From Synechococcales cyanobacterium VAR_4_metabat_354 (GTDB taxonomy: Bacteria > Cyanobacteriota > Cyanobacteriia > Cyanobacteriales > Chamaesiphonaceae): a DNA stretch of 64,000 nt. The translations under genes were made by a program, and so were the position numbers. Positions 63,032-64,000 of this stretch are shown here, one piece after another. The notes below the pieces were generated by a model, which saw only the letters and a program-made list of their open reading frames with translations, was not told the origin of the DNA and ran no database searches. Numbering within the stretch: position 1 is the first letter of the stretch; each line of letters opens with the position of its first letter. The stretch is taken from assembly GCA_031414775.1 (NCBI GenBank), contig JANOQI010000046.1:116116-180115 (forward strand), given 5' to 3'.

Positions 63032-63487
63032 ATGGGCAACCTCAATTACCCTGCCTACATCCCTAGTGAAGACGACACCAAACTCTCCCAAGAGAGCAGC
63101 CGCATCTTAACTACTTACCTCAGTCCCAACGTCCACCAGATTGAGATTGTCGAAGCAGATGGTAATAAACATTCAGCCACCATCCCCGCTGCCGCCTACC
63201 GCTTACTCGTCGATGCTTTAACCCAAATGGCTCAGGGTAATGCCGTCAGCCTGATCCCGATTCATGCCGAACTGACTACCCAAGAAGCGGCAGATTTACT
63301 CAATGTCTCCCGACCATACTTAATCAAACAAATCGAACTAGGCGAAATCCCCCATCATAAAATCGGCAAACACCGCCGGATAAATTTCAACGATCTGATG
63401 GTTTATAAAGACCGGATCGATCTCGCGACAGCGAAAGGTTTCGATGAAATGGTGGCAATTTCTCAAGAGCTAGGATTGTACGACTGA
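63032..63487 (+). CDS. Excisionase-type HTH DNA-binding protein (putative antitoxin)
   Basis: MAQGNAVSLIP..ELTTQEAADLLNVSRPYLIK..GKHRRI..SQELGLY. Confidence 0.88.
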   Translation: MGNLNYPAYIPSEDDTKLSQESSRILTTYLSPNVHQIEIVEADGNKHSATIPAAAYRLLVDALTQMAQGNAVSLIPIHAELTTQEAADLLNVSRPYLIKQIELGEIPHHKIGKHRRINFNDLMVYKDRIDLATAKGFDEMVAISQELGLYD

Positions 63488-64000
63488 TGGCTGCTAATAT
63501 CGCCGTAGTCTATGACGCTTGCGTTCTATATCCTGCTCCCGTACGCGATCTGTTAGTCCAATTGGCGACAACCGGAATTTTTCGCGCCAAATGGACAGAG
63601 CTGATTCATGATGAATGGACGCGAAATCTATTAATCAAACGTCCTGATTTGAACGCTGACAGACTCGCACGGTTGAGAGTTTTGATGAATCAGAATGTGC
63701 CTGATTCTCTAGTCACAGACTTCGAGGATTTAATTCCCACTCTTGAGTTGCCCGATCCTGATGATCGCCACGTTCTAGCTGCCGCCATTGGCGCAGATGC
63801 TAAAATTATCGTCACTTTTAACCTCAAGGATTTTCCAGATCCAATCCTTGCCAAACATAAAATAGTCGCCCAACACCCAGATGTGTTTGTTGGCGATCTC
63901 ATTGAGCGATACCCACAGCAAGTCTTGCAAGCTGTTGACATGATTTTAGCTCGCCTGAAGAATCCACCTCAGACTTTCGAGAATCATCTGGCAATTTTAG
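63487..64000 (+). CDS. PIN-domain (VapC-like) putative toxin, runs off the window end
   Basis: Absent from ORF track; MAANIAVVYDACVLYPAPVRDLL..WTELIHDEW..LPDPDDRHVLAAA..IVTFNLKDFP; TGATG overlap with the HTH gene. Confidence 0.9.
   Translation, partial: MAANIAVVYDACVLYPAPVRDLLVQLATTGIFRAKWTELIHDEWTRNLLIKRPDLNADRLARLRVLMNQNVPDSLVTDFEDLIPTLELPDPDDRHVLAAAIGADAKIIVTFNLKDFPDPILAKHKIVAQHPDVFVGDLIERYPQQVLQAVDMILARLKNPPQTFENHLAIL

Overview
Cyanobacterial chromosomal DNA (pipX, nblB-like, CGATCG/HIP1-type palindromes throughout); genus not determinable from sequence alone. 1-20.8 kb is mostly housekeeping (geranylgeranyl reductase-family gene, frr, pyrH, recD2, nadK, pabB-like, pipX, 5-formyl-THF cyclo-ligase, hemL, HEAT proteins, amidase, egtB) with small IS/MITE scars. 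20.8-29 kb is an AT-rich block holding a bacterial GRAS-domain gene behind a giant Ser/Thr kinase-AAA-GAF-His kinase-receiver gene, with an IS630 remnant alongside. 29.7-33.3 kb is a three-gene operon whose AsnB-like and LysA-like enzymes both lack canonical catalytic residues. 35-46.5 kb holds tamB and the most striking unexplained locus: two paralogous secreted Ser/Thr/Ala-rich proteins, each predicted to contain one very long beta-hairpin, flanking a 790-aa predicted outer-membrane beta-barrel. 49.3-62.3 kb is a heavy-metal island (mgtC, CopM-like, MerR, Cu and Zn/Cd P1B ATPases, SmtB/ArsR, MFS, MATE-like, SbnA-like) that includes an unannotated 49-aa exported Cys/Met micropeptide under a MerR-type promoter. 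The window ends in an ISAzo13 scar and an HTH-PIN toxin-antitoxin pair. No rRNA, tRNA or CRISPR array was seen. All family calls are from motif recognition by eye, not database searches.
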